Shown piece by piece: positions 20,945-30,846 of a stretch of DNA of 64,000 nucleotides. Under the pieces are notes generated by a model, which was given only the letters and a program-made list of their open reading frames with translations, had not been told where the DNA came from and ran no database searches. The stretch comes from Actinomycetota bacterium. Lineage in GTDB: Bacteria; Actinomycetota; Acidimicrobiia; Acidimicrobiales; JAMCPD01. The stretch is taken from the NCBI GenBank assembly GCA_023379935.1, contig JAMCPD010000020.1:3382-67381 (forward strand), given 5' to 3'. Positions within the stretch are counted from its first letter, which is position 1, and every line of letters begins with the position of its first letter. The translations under genes were made by a program, and so were the position numbers.

Positions 20945-21717
20945 AATCCACCATCGACATGGATAATTTCGCCTGTGGTTGCAGGGAATAGATCTGAAAA
21001 CAGTGCAACACAAGCACGCGCTACCGCTTCGGTTGCTGTTTGTGTGTCCCAGACAAGTGGTGAACGGGCTTGCCATATATCGTCTAAGTTTTCAAAACCC
21101 GGAATCCCTTTAGCCGCCATTGTTTTTACCGGGCCGGCAGCCACTAAGTTAACTCGGATACGGTCTTTACCCAGATCACGGGCAAGGTAACGGGCCAAGG
21201 ATTCCAGAGAGGCTTTCGCCACCCCCATCCAGTCGTATATAGGCCAGGCTATTTGAGAATCAAAGTCCAAGCCTACTATCGATGCGCTGTTAGCGGCGCG
21301 AAGAAGAGGTAAAAAGGCTTCTACTAAGGCCTTTAGGGAGTATGCTGAAATATGTAGAGCTTGAGATACCCCATCCCAGTTTGCCTTCATAATGTCTCCG
21401 CCGAGACATTCTGAGGGAGCAAATGCAATAGCATGCAGTATCCCGTCAAGACATTCCCACTGTTTTTGAATTTGATCTGCGCACTCTTGCAGTTGTTCTG
21501 GTTTGGTTACATCCAGTTCGAGAACCTGAAGAGGCTTGTTGCCATTCATCAACCTCTTCGCGCTGCGTTTTGTAATAGATAAACCTCTTCCGGCACCGCT
21601 CAACACTATCTCGGCACCTTCTTGTTGGGCCAGCTTAGCTACGCCAAAAGCTAAAGACGCATCTGTGAGCACACCTGTTATAAGTAAACGCTTTCCATCT
21701 AAAAGGTTCATAAGCAA
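20926..21717 (-). CDS. fabI: Enoyl-ACP reductase (FabI/InhA type)
   Basis: GKRLLITGV, HAIAFAP, YDWMGVAKASLES, RVNLVAAGP, TTGEIIHVDGG. Confidence 0.93.
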   Translation of the reverse strand: MLMNLLDGKRLLITGVLTDASLAFGVAKLAQQEGAEIVLSGAGRGLSITKRSAKRLMNGNKPLQVLELDVTKPEQLQECADQIQKQWECLDGILHAIAFAPSECLGGDIMKANWDGVSQALHISAYSLKALVEAFLPLLRAANSASIVGLDFDSQIAWPIYDWMGVAKASLESLARYLARDLGKDRIRVNLVAAGPVKTMAAKGIPGFENLDDIWQARSPLVWDTQTATEAVARACVALFSDLFPATTGEIIHVDGGFHAMGA

Positions 21718-21782
21718 GTTTTTTGCTGTTTTTGTAGCATTGGAGTCGGTTGCATTACTATTAGAGGATAGTATATAGAACT

Positions 21783-22463
21783 ATGATAACACAAATATCC
21801 AACGTTGGAATTTTGGGAGGAACAGGTCCCGCCGGACGCGGTTTGGCTTTGCGGATTGCTTTAGCCGGTATTCCGGTTGTGTTGGGGTCTCGTTCCGCAG
21901 AAAAGGCCCAAGGAGTCGTAGGTGAGATGTTAAAATCGTGGAGTGAATTCGAACTTGCGATAACCGGTGCCGACAACCCTACTGCCGCACTTGGGGAGGT
22001 TGTTGTAGTGGCAACACCCTGGGAGTCAGCTGCATACACCGTCGGAGCACTTAGACAACAGCTGAACGGTAAGGTTGTTGTATGTATGGCAAATGCTTTG
22101 GCAAAGGTAGGCACACCCGGGGGCGGCTCAGAAATACAGGCCCTCGGTGTATCTGAGGGGTCAATCGCTAATGCTGTCCAAGGTGGGTTACCGGAATCTA
22201 AGGTAGTCGGAGCGTTTCATCACCTCCCTGCTGAAGGGTTGGTCAAGTTAGATGCTCCGCTGGACTCCGATGTCCTGCTCTGTTCTGATCATTTAGATGC
22301 CATAGAAGTTGTTGAGGGGCTGGTGGAAAAGATACCGGGACTTAGGCCTCTTCGCGCGGGAAGTCTGGCGCAATCAGCTGCCATAGAAGCTTTTACCGCT
22401 GTGCTGGTAGCTTTGAACAGAAACTATAAGGCATACACCGCACTTAGAATAACAGGAATATGA
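21783..22463 (+). CDS. npdG: NADPH-dependent F420 reductase
   Basis: GGTGPAGRGLA.R, GSRS.EKA, VVGAFHH.PA, IEAFTAVL..LN..YK. Confidence 0.85.
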   Translation: MITQISNVGILGGTGPAGRGLALRIALAGIPVVLGSRSAEKAQGVVGEMLKSWSEFELAITGADNPTAALGEVVVVATPWESAAYTVGALRQQLNGKVVVCMANALAKVGTPGGGSEIQALGVSEGSIANAVQGGLPESKVVGAFHHLPAEGLVKLDAPLDSDVLLCSDHLDAIEVVEGLVEKIPGLRPLRAGSLAQSAAIEAFTAVLVALNRNYKAYTALRITGI

Positions 22464-22518
22464 CAGAATGGGAATATCAAGACAAGAGGACGGTTGGCAA
22501 TGTGTTTGGGCATAGGCA

Positions 22519-23664
22519 ATGCGGCTGTTTGATACTGCTCGCCAAGCTGTAGTTCCGTTTGAACCGCATACTCCGGTGGTTACAATGTATACGTGTGGCA
22601 TTACTCCTTATGATGCAGCACATATGGGGCATGCGGCGGTTTATATAATCTATGACGTCTTACAAAGGCGTCTCTACGACATGGGTTTCAAGGTTCAATG
22701 CGTGCGCAACATAACCGATGTTGATGATGATATTCTTGCAAAGTCTCGTGAATTGGGTGTTCATTATCTGGACTTAGCGGCTGAAGAAATAGCGCGTTTT
22801 GATGCAGATATGTCTGCTTTAGGTCTGCTGCCCCCTTTTTCTGAACCGAGAGCGACATCCGCCATTCCTGACATATTAGGATTTATCGGGATGGTATTAG
22901 ATTCGGGCCATGCTTACTATTCCGACGGGGGTGTTTATTTTGATGTTTCCTCCTTTTCCCGCTTTGGGCAGATAAGCCATTTGGACAGGGACGAAATGCT
23001 TCGTCTTGCCGAGGAAAGAGGCGGACATATCGACGATCCGGCTAAAAGAGACCCCCTTGACTTCGTACTATGGCAGCCTTCACGCCAAGATGAGCCTTCG
23101 TGGGACTCTTTATGGGGGAAGGGAAGGCCGGGGTGGCACATAGAATGTTCTGCCCTTGCTTTGAGGGAGTTGGGCAAGACTATAGATCTGCATGGAGGTG
23201 GTCAAGACTTGATCTTTCCTCATCATGAATGCGAAACCGCACAATCGGAGGCGGCAACCGGTGAGGAGTTTGTACGTCACTGGATGCATATAGGTATGGT
23301 GCATTTTGAGGGTGAAAAGATGTCAAAATCTCTCGGAAATCTGGTTTTTATACATGACTTATTAAAAGATTGGGATCCGGATGTGATTCGCCTTGAGATA
23401 CTGTCTCATCACTATAGATCCAACTGGGAATGGGACACCAATCAACTGGAGGTTGCCCGGGCTCGTTATATGGCTTGGAATGTGCCGGGCGCTAAGGCAG
23501 ATACCGGCGATGATACTTTAAACGAGGTGCGCAGTTGTTTGGATGATGACTTGAATACACCGGAGGCGCTCCTAGTACTCGATGAAGCGGCCAAAAAAGG
23601 TTATGACATTTCCAAAGCAGTAGCGTTGTTAGGATTTATATTTCACGATAGTGTTGGTGATTAA
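22519..23664 (+). CDS. mshC: Cysteine:GlcN-Ins ligase of mycothiol synthesis (CysRS paralogue)
   Basis: CGITPYDAAHMGH, GRPGWHIEC, DLIFPHHE and KMSKS. At 381 aa it lacks the anticodon-binding C-terminus of CysRS. Confidence 0.75.
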   Translation: MRLFDTARQAVVPFEPHTPVVTMYTCGITPYDAAHMGHAAVYIIYDVLQRRLYDMGFKVQCVRNITDVDDDILAKSRELGVHYLDLAAEEIARFDADMSALGLLPPFSEPRATSAIPDILGFIGMVLDSGHAYYSDGGVYFDVSSFSRFGQISHLDRDEMLRLAEERGGHIDDPAKRDPLDFVLWQPSRQDEPSWDSLWGKGRPGWHIECSALALRELGKTIDLHGGGQDLIFPHHECETAQSEAATGEEFVRHWMHIGMVHFEGEKMSKSLGNLVFIHDLLKDWDPDVIRLEILSHHYRSNWEWDTNQLEVARARYMAWNVPGAKADTGDDTLNEVRSCLDDDLNTPEALLVLDEAAKKGYDISKAVALLGFIFHDSVGD

Positions 23665-23666
23665 TT

Positions 23667-25436
23667 ATGATATCTGCTTCCGCGGTTAATTCTGAAAACA
23701 GTCTTGATACACTACGTCATTCCACCGCCCATGTACTCGCACAAGCCGTACTTGATCTGTGGCCAGGCACTTTTATCGCCATAGGCCCTCCCGTCGAAGA
23801 CGGCTTTTACTATGATTTTTATCTGCCTGGCGGCAAGCATTTCACCCAAGAAGATTTAGCGCTAATAGAAACTAAGATGCGCGATATCGTTGCTCAAGAT
23901 CAACCTTTTATACGAAAAGAGTGCAGCACGAAAGAAGCTCTGAATCTTTTCAAAAACCAGCCTTTCAAACAAGAAATTATAGAAACTATCCAAAATGAAA
24001 ATACCGGGGACAAAAAGGTCAGCTTATACTACAATCCACCCGGGGAGTTTGTGGACTTGTGCCGAGGTCCACATGTGGAATCCACAGGCAAACTCGGGGC
24101 TTTTAAGTTGATCAGGATCTCAGGTGCTTATTGGCGGGGGGACGAGCATCGCGAACAGTTACAACGTATATACGGTACGGCGTTCAACACGCGAGAAGAG
24201 TTGGAAAGCTACTTGGCCCAACTTGTGGAGGCTGAAAAGAGAGATCACAGGAAGCTTGGGGCAGAACTGGACATGTTTTATTTTTTGCCTGAAATAGGTG
24301 GGGGACTTCCCGTGTTCAGTCCAAAAGGCGCGCTGGTGCGGCATTTGATGGAAGCATACTCCGTCGAAAAGCATTTGGCATCAGGCTATCAGCTGGTATG
24401 GACACCCCATTTGGCCAGGTCGGAGCTTTTCGAGACTTCCGGGCATTTGCAATGGTATCAGGAAAATATGTATCCGCCTATGGAAATGGAGGGCGTCACT
24501 TACTATCCAAAGCCAATGAACTGTCCTTTGCATATCTCGCTTTACGCTAATAAGCTCCATTCCTATAAGGAACTGCCCTTGAGGCTGTTTGAATTTGGTA
24601 CCGTTTATCGTTTTGAGCGCTCAGGTGTGCTCCATGGACTGACGCGGGTAAGGGGGTTGACGCAAGACGATTCACATATTTTTTGTGCCCCAGAGCAACT
24701 TGGACATGAGTTGACGGGTGTGCTTGAGTTCGTAGTTCAAATGCTTGGCGCATTCGGGCTACGAGAGTTTGATGCCGAACTCGCAACCAGACCTGACAAG
24801 TTTGTTGGGGATATTGCGGAATGGAATTTTGCCGAAGAAGCCTTAAGGCAAGCGCTTGGCGCAAGTGGAATTGACTACTCGGTAGCTGAAGGTGAAGGCG
24901 CCTTTTATGCCCCAAAGATTGATATTCATCTAAGAGATGCTATCGGTAGGCGTTGGCAGGTTTCCACCATACAGGTAGATCTGCAACTGCCACAGCGTTT
25001 TGATCTCTCTTATATAGGCCCAGACAATACCAAACACCGGCCTTTCATGTTACATAGGGCCCTTTTTGGTTCAGTTGAGAGGTTCATGGCTATCTTAATC
25101 GAACACTATGCAGGTGCTCTTCCAACCTGGCTTTCCCCTGTGCAGGTCAAGGTTTTAGCGGTAAGAGATACCCACGAAGAGTATGCCAAGTACGTCGTCT
25201 TCCATCTGCGCGAAAGATCTTTCAGGGCGGAGGTTTCTTTGGCAGATGAGCCCCTTGGAGCTAGGGTGCGTTCTGCTAAGTTGGAGAAGATACCTTATGT
25301 GTTGGTGGTGGGGGATGATGATGTCAATGGTCATACTGTGGGGGTGAATGCCAGAGGTTCCTCCAAAGCTCTTCGCGGAGTAGGGTTGGAGGAGTTTTAT
25401 CAGCGCTTGGAACAGGAAGTGGTTTCACATGGGTGA
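23667..25436 (+). CDS. thrS: Threonine--tRNA ligase
   Basis: RHSTAH, DLCRGPH, RDHRKLG, KPMNCP, RVRGLTQDD, GAFYAPK. Confidence 0.98.
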   Translation: MISASAVNSENSLDTLRHSTAHVLAQAVLDLWPGTFIAIGPPVEDGFYYDFYLPGGKHFTQEDLALIETKMRDIVAQDQPFIRKECSTKEALNLFKNQPFKQEIIETIQNENTGDKKVSLYYNPPGEFVDLCRGPHVESTGKLGAFKLIRISGAYWRGDEHREQLQRIYGTAFNTREELESYLAQLVEAEKRDHRKLGAELDMFYFLPEIGGGLPVFSPKGALVRHLMEAYSVEKHLASGYQLVWTPHLARSELFETSGHLQWYQENMYPPMEMEGVTYYPKPMNCPLHISLYANKLHSYKELPLRLFEFGTVYRFERSGVLHGLTRVRGLTQDDSHIFCAPEQLGHELTGVLEFVVQMLGAFGLREFDAELATRPDKFVGDIAEWNFAEEALRQALGASGIDYSVAEGEGAFYAPKIDIHLRDAIGRRWQVSTIQVDLQLPQRFDLSYIGPDNTKHRPFMLHRALFGSVERFMAILIEHYAGALPTWLSPVQVKVLAVRDTHEEYAKYVVFHLRERSFRAEVSLADEPLGARVRSAKLEKIPYVLVVGDDDVNGHTVGVNARGSSKALRGVGLEEFYQRLEQEVVSHG

Positions 25437-26028
25437 CTTGGAGCGTTTATGGGCGGGGTGGCGAATGCCTTACGTAACCGAAGCTGCGATAAACCAAGAT
25501 AAGGGGGAGGCTGGCGGGGGAGGAACTGAGGTTGTCATCGGAATCGGAGATGGGGAGAAAACAGGTGATGATAAGGACGGTTGTGTATTTTGTGCTATTG
25601 GTGCCGATTCCGACAGGATGAATATTGGCGCTGTTTCCGACCGTGACGTTATGCACTATGTTTTATGGCGAGGGGAGTACTGTTTTTGTGTGCTGAATGC
25701 TTATCCATATGCCAGCGGGCATATGTTGATTATGCCGATACGTCATGTTGCAGGATTGGAGGAGGTGGTTGGTGATGAGGCGTTGGAGCTGTGGGGAGGA
25801 CTGCAAAAGGCGATTGTGGCAATCAAGAAAGCCTATAAGCCCGAAGGACTCAATGTCGGGGCTAATCTAGGAAGGGCAGGTGGAGCTGGTATACCTGGAC
25901 ATGTCCATCTGCACCTGCTTCCACGCTGGTGCGGAGATACCAACTTCATGACTGCGGTAGCGGGAGTAAGAGTTATGCCGGAATGTCTTGATGATACCTA
26001 TAAACGCTTGAGGGAGGTTTGGGAGTGA
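25429..26028 (+). CDS. HIT-family protein (Ap4A phosphorylase, Rv2613c-like)
   Basis: LWAGWRM.Y, CVFC, LNAYPY..GH, HVHLH.LPRW.GD.NFM; directly after thrS. Confidence 0.9.
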   Translation: MGDLERLWAGWRMPYVTEAAINQDKGEAGGGGTEVVIGIGDGEKTGDDKDGCVFCAIGADSDRMNIGAVSDRDVMHYVLWRGEYCFCVLNAYPYASGHMLIMPIRHVAGLEEVVGDEALELWGGLQKAIVAIKKAYKPEGLNVGANLGRAGGAGIPGHVHLHLLPRWCGDTNFMTAVAGVRVMPECLDDTYKRLREVWE

Positions 26029-26068
26029 GTGCAATTATGAAACTGGTTCCTCAGCCATTACGCTCTTT

Positions 26069-26497
26069 TCAACGGTTGGCAACCCCTATGAAGCTAAAGC
26101 GCACCCGTCTTTTTTGATTGTCCCTGTTGCAGTCGACTAGTACCAAGCTCTGCCAGGTTCCAAGCATGACCTTATCACCAATAACTGGCAAGGTGAGGGA
26201 AGGACTGATGAATACCGGCAGAAGATGATCTGCACCGTGCCCTTTGCTCCCATGAGCATGAACATACCTGTCATCCTTCGGAAAAAGTCGGTCGAGAAGT
26301 TGGTTGAGGTCAGTTTCAGAACCTGAACCTAACTCCATAAGTGCAAGTCCGGCGGTAGCATGAGGAGCAAATACATGCAAGATCCCATCACCTTTCCCAA
26401 CACAGAATTCAGTTGCATAAGGTGTCAGGTCGGTAACGGGTTGTTTTCTACCATCCGCAACTTTTTCGGTAACTATGTTGATCTCCAAAGTTTCCAT
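26069..26497 (-). CDS. yjbQ: YjbQ/UPF0047 family protein
   Basis: PHATAG, H.HG..GHGADH, LGTWQS. ATG at 26497 preferred over the overlapping start at 26545. Confidence 0.85.
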   Translation of the reverse strand: METLEINIVTEKVADGRKQPVTDLTPYATEFCVGKGDGILHVFAPHATAGLALMELGSGSETDLNQLLDRLFPKDDRYVHAHGSKGHGADHLLPVFISPSLTLPVIGDKVMLGTWQSLVLVDCNRDNQKRRVRFSFIGVANR

Positions 26498-26513
26498 GCT
26501 ATTTCCGAGCGGA

Positions 26514-28661
26514 TCACAGATGTGTTCCGGCTTCCGCCAACTCACCTCGTTTTGGTAGCTTTTGTGCTATCTGTTGTGGAACTACATCGTAGTGGTCATG
26601 GCGCAAGGTAAATTTTCCTCTTCCCCGCGTAAGTGCTCGCAGATCAACAGCATATCTGAGTACTTCAGCTTCGGGCACCAATGCTATAACAACCTGTTGT
26701 CCGTCTTCACCACTTTCTGTGCCAACTATTCTGGCACGCCGTGAATTGAGGTCCCCAAGCACCTCTCCTTGATAGACAGAGGGAATAGTGACCTCAATAC
26801 GAGATATAGGTTCTAATAAAACAGGGGCCGCAGCACCAACAGCCTCCTTAAAGCCCAGCAACCCAGCCATTTTGAAACTCATTTCTGAAGAATCAACAGG
26901 GTGATACTTACCGTCATAGCATATGGCTTTCACGTCTACCACTGGATAGCCGAATATCGGACCTTGTTCCATCGCTTCACGGATTCCTTTTTCAACTGCC
27001 GGTATGAACTGCTTGGGTATGGCACCTCCAACTACCTGATCCACAAAGACAAAGCCTTCACCTCGTTTAAGTGGCTCAACCTTTAAGTTGGCAACTCCGA
27101 ATTGCCCATGTCCGCCGCTCTGTTTCTTATACTTACCTTCTCCTTGGCCTTTGATTGTTATAGTCTCTCTGTAAGCAATTTGAATCTCTTCTGTAACTAT
27201 CTCAACTGAAAACTTTGTCTTTAGCCGTTCACAGGCTATAGCTAAGTGTGTTTCTCCGCTACCGTATATGACTGTTTGTTTTGTTTCATCGTTTCTGTTT
27301 ACTACAAGGTATGTATCTTCTTCACACAGCCGGTGTAGTGCGGTCATCAACTTGTCATCGTCTCCTTTTGCTTTCGGATGTATGGCTATCCCGATTACAG
27401 GAGGTTCGTGCTGGACTACAGGGATTATTGCCGGGGTATTCTTAGGTGCCAGTGTATCACCTGTTAGTGTATTGCCCAGTTTTGGCAACGCAACTATTTC
27501 ACCTGCAGTGGCCTCGGATATATTGATGTGCTCTTTCCCGCGCATGGTGGCCAGAGCATGTATGCGTTCTTCATGATGAGTACGAGGATTGATGAATGTA
27601 CTGTCGGGCTTCAATGTTCCGGTTACGACTTTCAGCAATGATACTTTTCCCATGTAAGGATCTACTATAGTTTTGAAAACCTTGAGCAAGGGGTTTGCTG
27701 TCGCGTCTGGTGATATCTCGTGAAGGGTGTCGCCTGCTTGCACTAAGGTAGGCTTAGCCTCCAGCTGACAAGGCATTGTCTCGCATATCAAAGAAGCAAG
27801 CCTGTCTATTCCAACCAGTTTGGTTGCCGATCCACATACGACAGGGAATATACTGCCGGCGACTATACCTTTTGAAAGTGCATGGCGAAGTTGTTCTGCA
27901 GGTAATGGGTTGCCTGCCAGGTAGTTTTCCATCAAAGTGTCATCGGCTACTACCACTCCTTCGACAAACATATCCTTGAGTTCTTCAAAGTCTGCCGAAG
28001 TTGCCAACTCTTCCGGTATTGGTTCGCCGGTAATTTTGTTTGTACCTCCTTTTCCACCCGTATTTCCCTTCCCGTCCGTACCTCTTAGACTGTTGAAAAA
28101 CGCTTTGTTTTGGAGTAAATCGACTATCCCTGCTAAGTTTTCGAAATTGCCGATTGGTATTTGAAGGGGTACCACATTGGGACCGAAGGCTGCTCTCAAC
28201 TGCTTTAAAGCTTGGCTGAAGTCGGCATTTTCTCTGTCAAGTTTGTTGACAAATATCATTCTAGGCAGCTTTAATTTTTCAGCTAACTTCCAAACCGCCT
28301 CAGTCTGCACTTCTACCGCATCAACTGCACTTACCACCACCAGAGCCGACTCGACCACGCTTAATGCCGTGGCGACTTCTCCGATAAAATCCGCATAGCC
28401 GGGGGTGTCGAGTAGATTAATCTTACAGTTGTCGACTTCTGGCTGAGCAACTTCAATGGGTGCCAGTGACATTGATACCGACATATGCCGTTTGATAGCT
28501 TCAGGTTCAAAGTCGCAAACAGTTGTACCATCTTGAATGTTACCCATCTTTGTAGTGGCTTTTGACACAAAAAGCAGTGCCTCGACCAAAGTGGTTTTTC
28601 CTGTTCCGCCATGGCCTATAACAGCTAAATTACGAATATTCCCAGAAGGGTAATTTTTCAT
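26514..28661 (-). CDS. Elongation factor G-like paralogue (EF-G2 type)
   Basis: GHGGTGKTT, DTPGY, NKLD, KKQSGGHGQ, H.VDSSE..F. The canonical RGITI is replaced by RHMSV, and the gene lies outside the rpsL-rpsG operon. ATG 28661 has a GGGAG RBS. Confidence 0.9.
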   Translation of the reverse strand: MKNYPSGNIRNLAVIGHGGTGKTTLVEALLFVSKATTKMGNIQDGTTVCDFEPEAIKRHMSVSMSLAPIEVAQPEVDNCKINLLDTPGYADFIGEVATALSVVESALVVVSAVDAVEVQTEAVWKLAEKLKLPRMIFVNKLDRENADFSQALKQLRAAFGPNVVPLQIPIGNFENLAGIVDLLQNKAFFNSLRGTDGKGNTGGKGGTNKITGEPIPEELATSADFEELKDMFVEGVVVADDTLMENYLAGNPLPAEQLRHALSKGIVAGSIFPVVCGSATKLVGIDRLASLICETMPCQLEAKPTLVQAGDTLHEISPDATANPLLKVFKTIVDPYMGKVSLLKVVTGTLKPDSTFINPRTHHEERIHALATMRGKEHINISEATAGEIVALPKLGNTLTGDTLAPKNTPAIIPVVQHEPPVIGIAIHPKAKGDDDKLMTALHRLCEEDTYLVVNRNDETKQTVIYGSGETHLAIACERLKTKFSVEIVTEEIQIAYRETITIKGQGEGKYKKQSGGHGQFGVANLKVEPLKRGEGFVFVDQVVGGAIPKQFIPAVEKGIREAMEQGPIFGYPVVDVKAICYDGKYHPVDSSEMSFKMAGLLGFKEAVGAAAPVLLEPISRIEVTIPSVYQGEVLGDLNSRRARIVGTESGEDGQQVVIALVPEAEVLRYAVDLRALTRGRGKFTLRHDHYDVVPQQIAQKLPKRGELAEAGTHL

Positions 28662-28802
28662 TTCGCTCCCATCTTCTAATAAGTGTAGACTACTTGATAA
28701 TGTGCTAGTATAACAGTAGTATAGTACAAAGGACATAATGGAAGTTTTGGATAGTTTAAATAACCTGTTTTACCGTAGGTTTTATCGGGAGTACTAGAGC
28801 GC

Positions 28803-29873
28803 ATGTTTGACGGTCACTGGAGATCCTCAGTGAACAAGGGAACTGAACCTATTGGGAGAGTATTGAAGCGTTGTGGCATAAAGCCCAATGTTTTAACTTT
28901 GGGAGGGCTTGTTTTAGCCGGAATATCCGCTTTTTATATAGCTAACGGTGATTTGCATATCGGCTTGATTTTCTTGGTGCTATGTGGGTTCTCTGATCTC
29001 TTGGATGGCCCATTGGCAAAGGCATGGGGCACAGCTTCGGCCCAGGGTGCTTTTTTGGATTCCGTTGTTGATCGTGTCTCTGATGCGTTTCTATTGGGCG
29101 GTGTTGGGTGGTACCTGATTATCACCAAAGCCGGGTTGTACTTGAGCACATACCATAGTGTGGCCGGTGGTGCTGTTGGCGCAAAAAGCCGACTTGCACT
29201 TGATGGCGTATTACCGTTGGCAGTTTTGGGAATTACCTTTCTAGTTTCTTATCAACGGGCAAAAGCGGAATCACTTGGATTCAATGCCAAGGGCGGGTTA
29301 ATGGAACGAGCTGAGAGGTTTGTACTGTTGGGGTTTGGCCTACTGGTCGGATCATTGTTGCTTTGGGTGTTATGGATACTGCTCATACTTACTCTGGTTA
29401 CTGCGTTACAGCGTTTTTTTGTTGTATGGAAACAGGCCGGTATGTCCCAAGGAAGCCGGACATCTAAATATCAGATATCCAAATACTGGACACCTAAACT
29501 TCAGATACTGAAATACCAGATGCCGGATATCTCTCAGATGAAGAGGTTTGAGATGCGCTTTGTTGCTTGGCAAGCCAAGACGCAAGCCAGGCAAGCCAAA
29601 GCAGAAGAACGCAGGGCGGCAAGGAGGCGCTCAAGAGAACTGGCAAGGCATACCAGGGTAAGGCATTTGCCTAGGCGAAAGGAGCTGTTTTCATTTAAGC
29701 GTTCCGCCAGACTAAGTAGTTCTGCCAGTTCCAGTTCTGCCACTTCCAGTTCTGCCAGTTCCAGTTCTGCCAGTTCCAGTTCTGCCAGTTCCAGTTCTGC
29801 CAGTTCCAGCAAGTTAGCCGAGCACGACCGGTTTGATGACTCCAGTCATTTCAACACCGATAATTTTGGATAA
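28803..29873 (+). CDS. pgsA: Phosphatidylinositol phosphate synthase (CDP-alcohol phosphatidyltransferase) with a long C-terminal tail
   Basis: PN.LT, DLLDGPLA...G.FLDSVVDR.SD, SY.RAKAE, ERAER; first gene of the PIM cluster. Confidence 0.9.
   Translation: MFDGHWRSSVNKGTEPIGRVLKRCGIKPNVLTLGGLVLAGISAFYIANGDLHIGLIFLVLCGFSDLLDGPLAKAWGTASAQGAFLDSVVDRVSDAFLLGGVGWYLIITKAGLYLSTYHSVAGGAVGAKSRLALDGVLPLAVLGITFLVSYQRAKAESLGFNAKGGLMERAERFVLLGFGLLVGSLLLWVLWILLILTLVTALQRFFVVWKQAGMSQGSRTSKYQISKYWTPKLQILKYQMPDISQMKRFEMRFVAWQAKTQARQAKAEERRAARRRSRELARHTRVRHLPRRKELFSFKRSARLSSSASSSSATSSSASSSSASSSSASSSSASSSKLAEHDRFDDSSHFNTDNFG
29718..29807 (+). repeat. 15-bp tandem repeat x6 encoding (SSASS)n in pgsA
   Basis: Six copies of AGTTCTGCCAGTTCC, with one substitution in copy 2. 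Confidence 0.97.
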
Positions 29874-30846
29874 ACAACCGGCAGTTTTGGATAAACAACC
29901 GACGAAATCCCATAAACAACGGTATAGCTACCTGACTTATCGTTGTATATCAACTCTGATAGAACATTCACCGCGGCTTTTAAACTTGGCGGTGGCAAAA
30001 GTATCAGGTTTAATCATGTACCTATCCCGCCCTTCACAACATAGAGTTGTTCGCAATAATATGATTGCGGTTGTCGGTTCAAAATCCTCCTGTGATGGGC
30101 TTGGCGGCAAGTTGATCTTGGAGCTTACCGTTCTTAGAGCTTACCTTTCTTACGCACGCTATTGGGTTGAATCAGCTCAAATTAGATCGGATGATACGGC
30201 GACAATAAATAGCTCCATGAGCTATGTGGAGGGTTTCAGTTACATAACTCAAGGTGTACTCAAGGGTAAAGGAGTTATACTTGCTCTTCCCCACTTGGGA
30301 AACTGGGATTTTGGAGGAGCATGGTTCGCTCTCCAGGGATATCCTTTAACAACGGTTGGCGAGATACTTGAACCTTATGAACTGTTTGAGTGGTTTGTAG
30401 AAAAGAGGCGATTGAATGGCATAGATGTTCTTCCTCTGGACTCTAAGGCTGGAAAAGCGCTGTTGAATGTTTTGGAATCGGGAGGAGTAATCGCACTGGT
30501 ATGCGACAGGGATTTGGTTGGTAATGGTGTAGAGGTCAGCTTTTTCGGTAAGAAAACAACCGTTCCGGCAGGACCTGCAGTGTTAGCTCTTAGAACAGGA
30601 GCGGCGTTGATACCCGTAGCTGTTTATACCGGCACGAGTACTCACCACTATGCCACTATAAGAGCACCTTTAGAAGTTTGTCGAACCGGTTCATTCCGTT
30701 TGGATGTAACACGTTTGACTCAAACCCTTGTGCACGAGCTTGAATACCTTATATATAAAGAGCCTCACCAATGGCATGCATTTCAGGAGATTTGGGATGG
30801 GAGCGAGACAAAAGCGGTGGAAGACTCAAATGGCACTAAACGATGA
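29833..30846 (+). CDS. patA: Phosphatidylinositol mannoside acyltransferase
   Basis: SYARYW.E, LPHLGNWD, L.CDRD, V.FFG, P.GPA.LA, P.QWH. Lies between pgsA and pimA. The start may be TTG 29866. Confidence 0.85.
   Translation: MMTPVISTPIILDKQPAVLDKQPTKSHKQRYSYLTYRCISTLIEHSPRLLNLAVAKVSGLIMYLSRPSQHRVVRNNMIAVVGSKSSCDGLGGKLILELTVLRAYLSYARYWVESAQIRSDDTATINSSMSYVEGFSYITQGVLKGKGVILALPHLGNWDFGGAWFALQGYPLTTVGEILEPYELFEWFVEKRRLNGIDVLPLDSKAGKALLNVLESGGVIALVCDRDLVGNGVEVSFFGKKTTVPAGPAVLALRTGAALIPVAVYTGTSTHHYATIRAPLEVCRTGSFRLDVTRLTQTLVHELEYLIYKEPHQWHAFQEIWDGSETKAVEDSNGTKR

Noticed and set aside
22464-23666. tRNA genes or a T-box expected near thrS, hisS and aspS
   Set aside because: The intergenic gaps are too short, and I saw no cloverleaf or T-box motif.
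29534-29812. Antisense ORF with (ELAEL)n, and the alternate-frame (PPELV)n ORF at 44553-44984
   Set aside because: By-products of the 15-bp tandem repeats in pgsA and secF.
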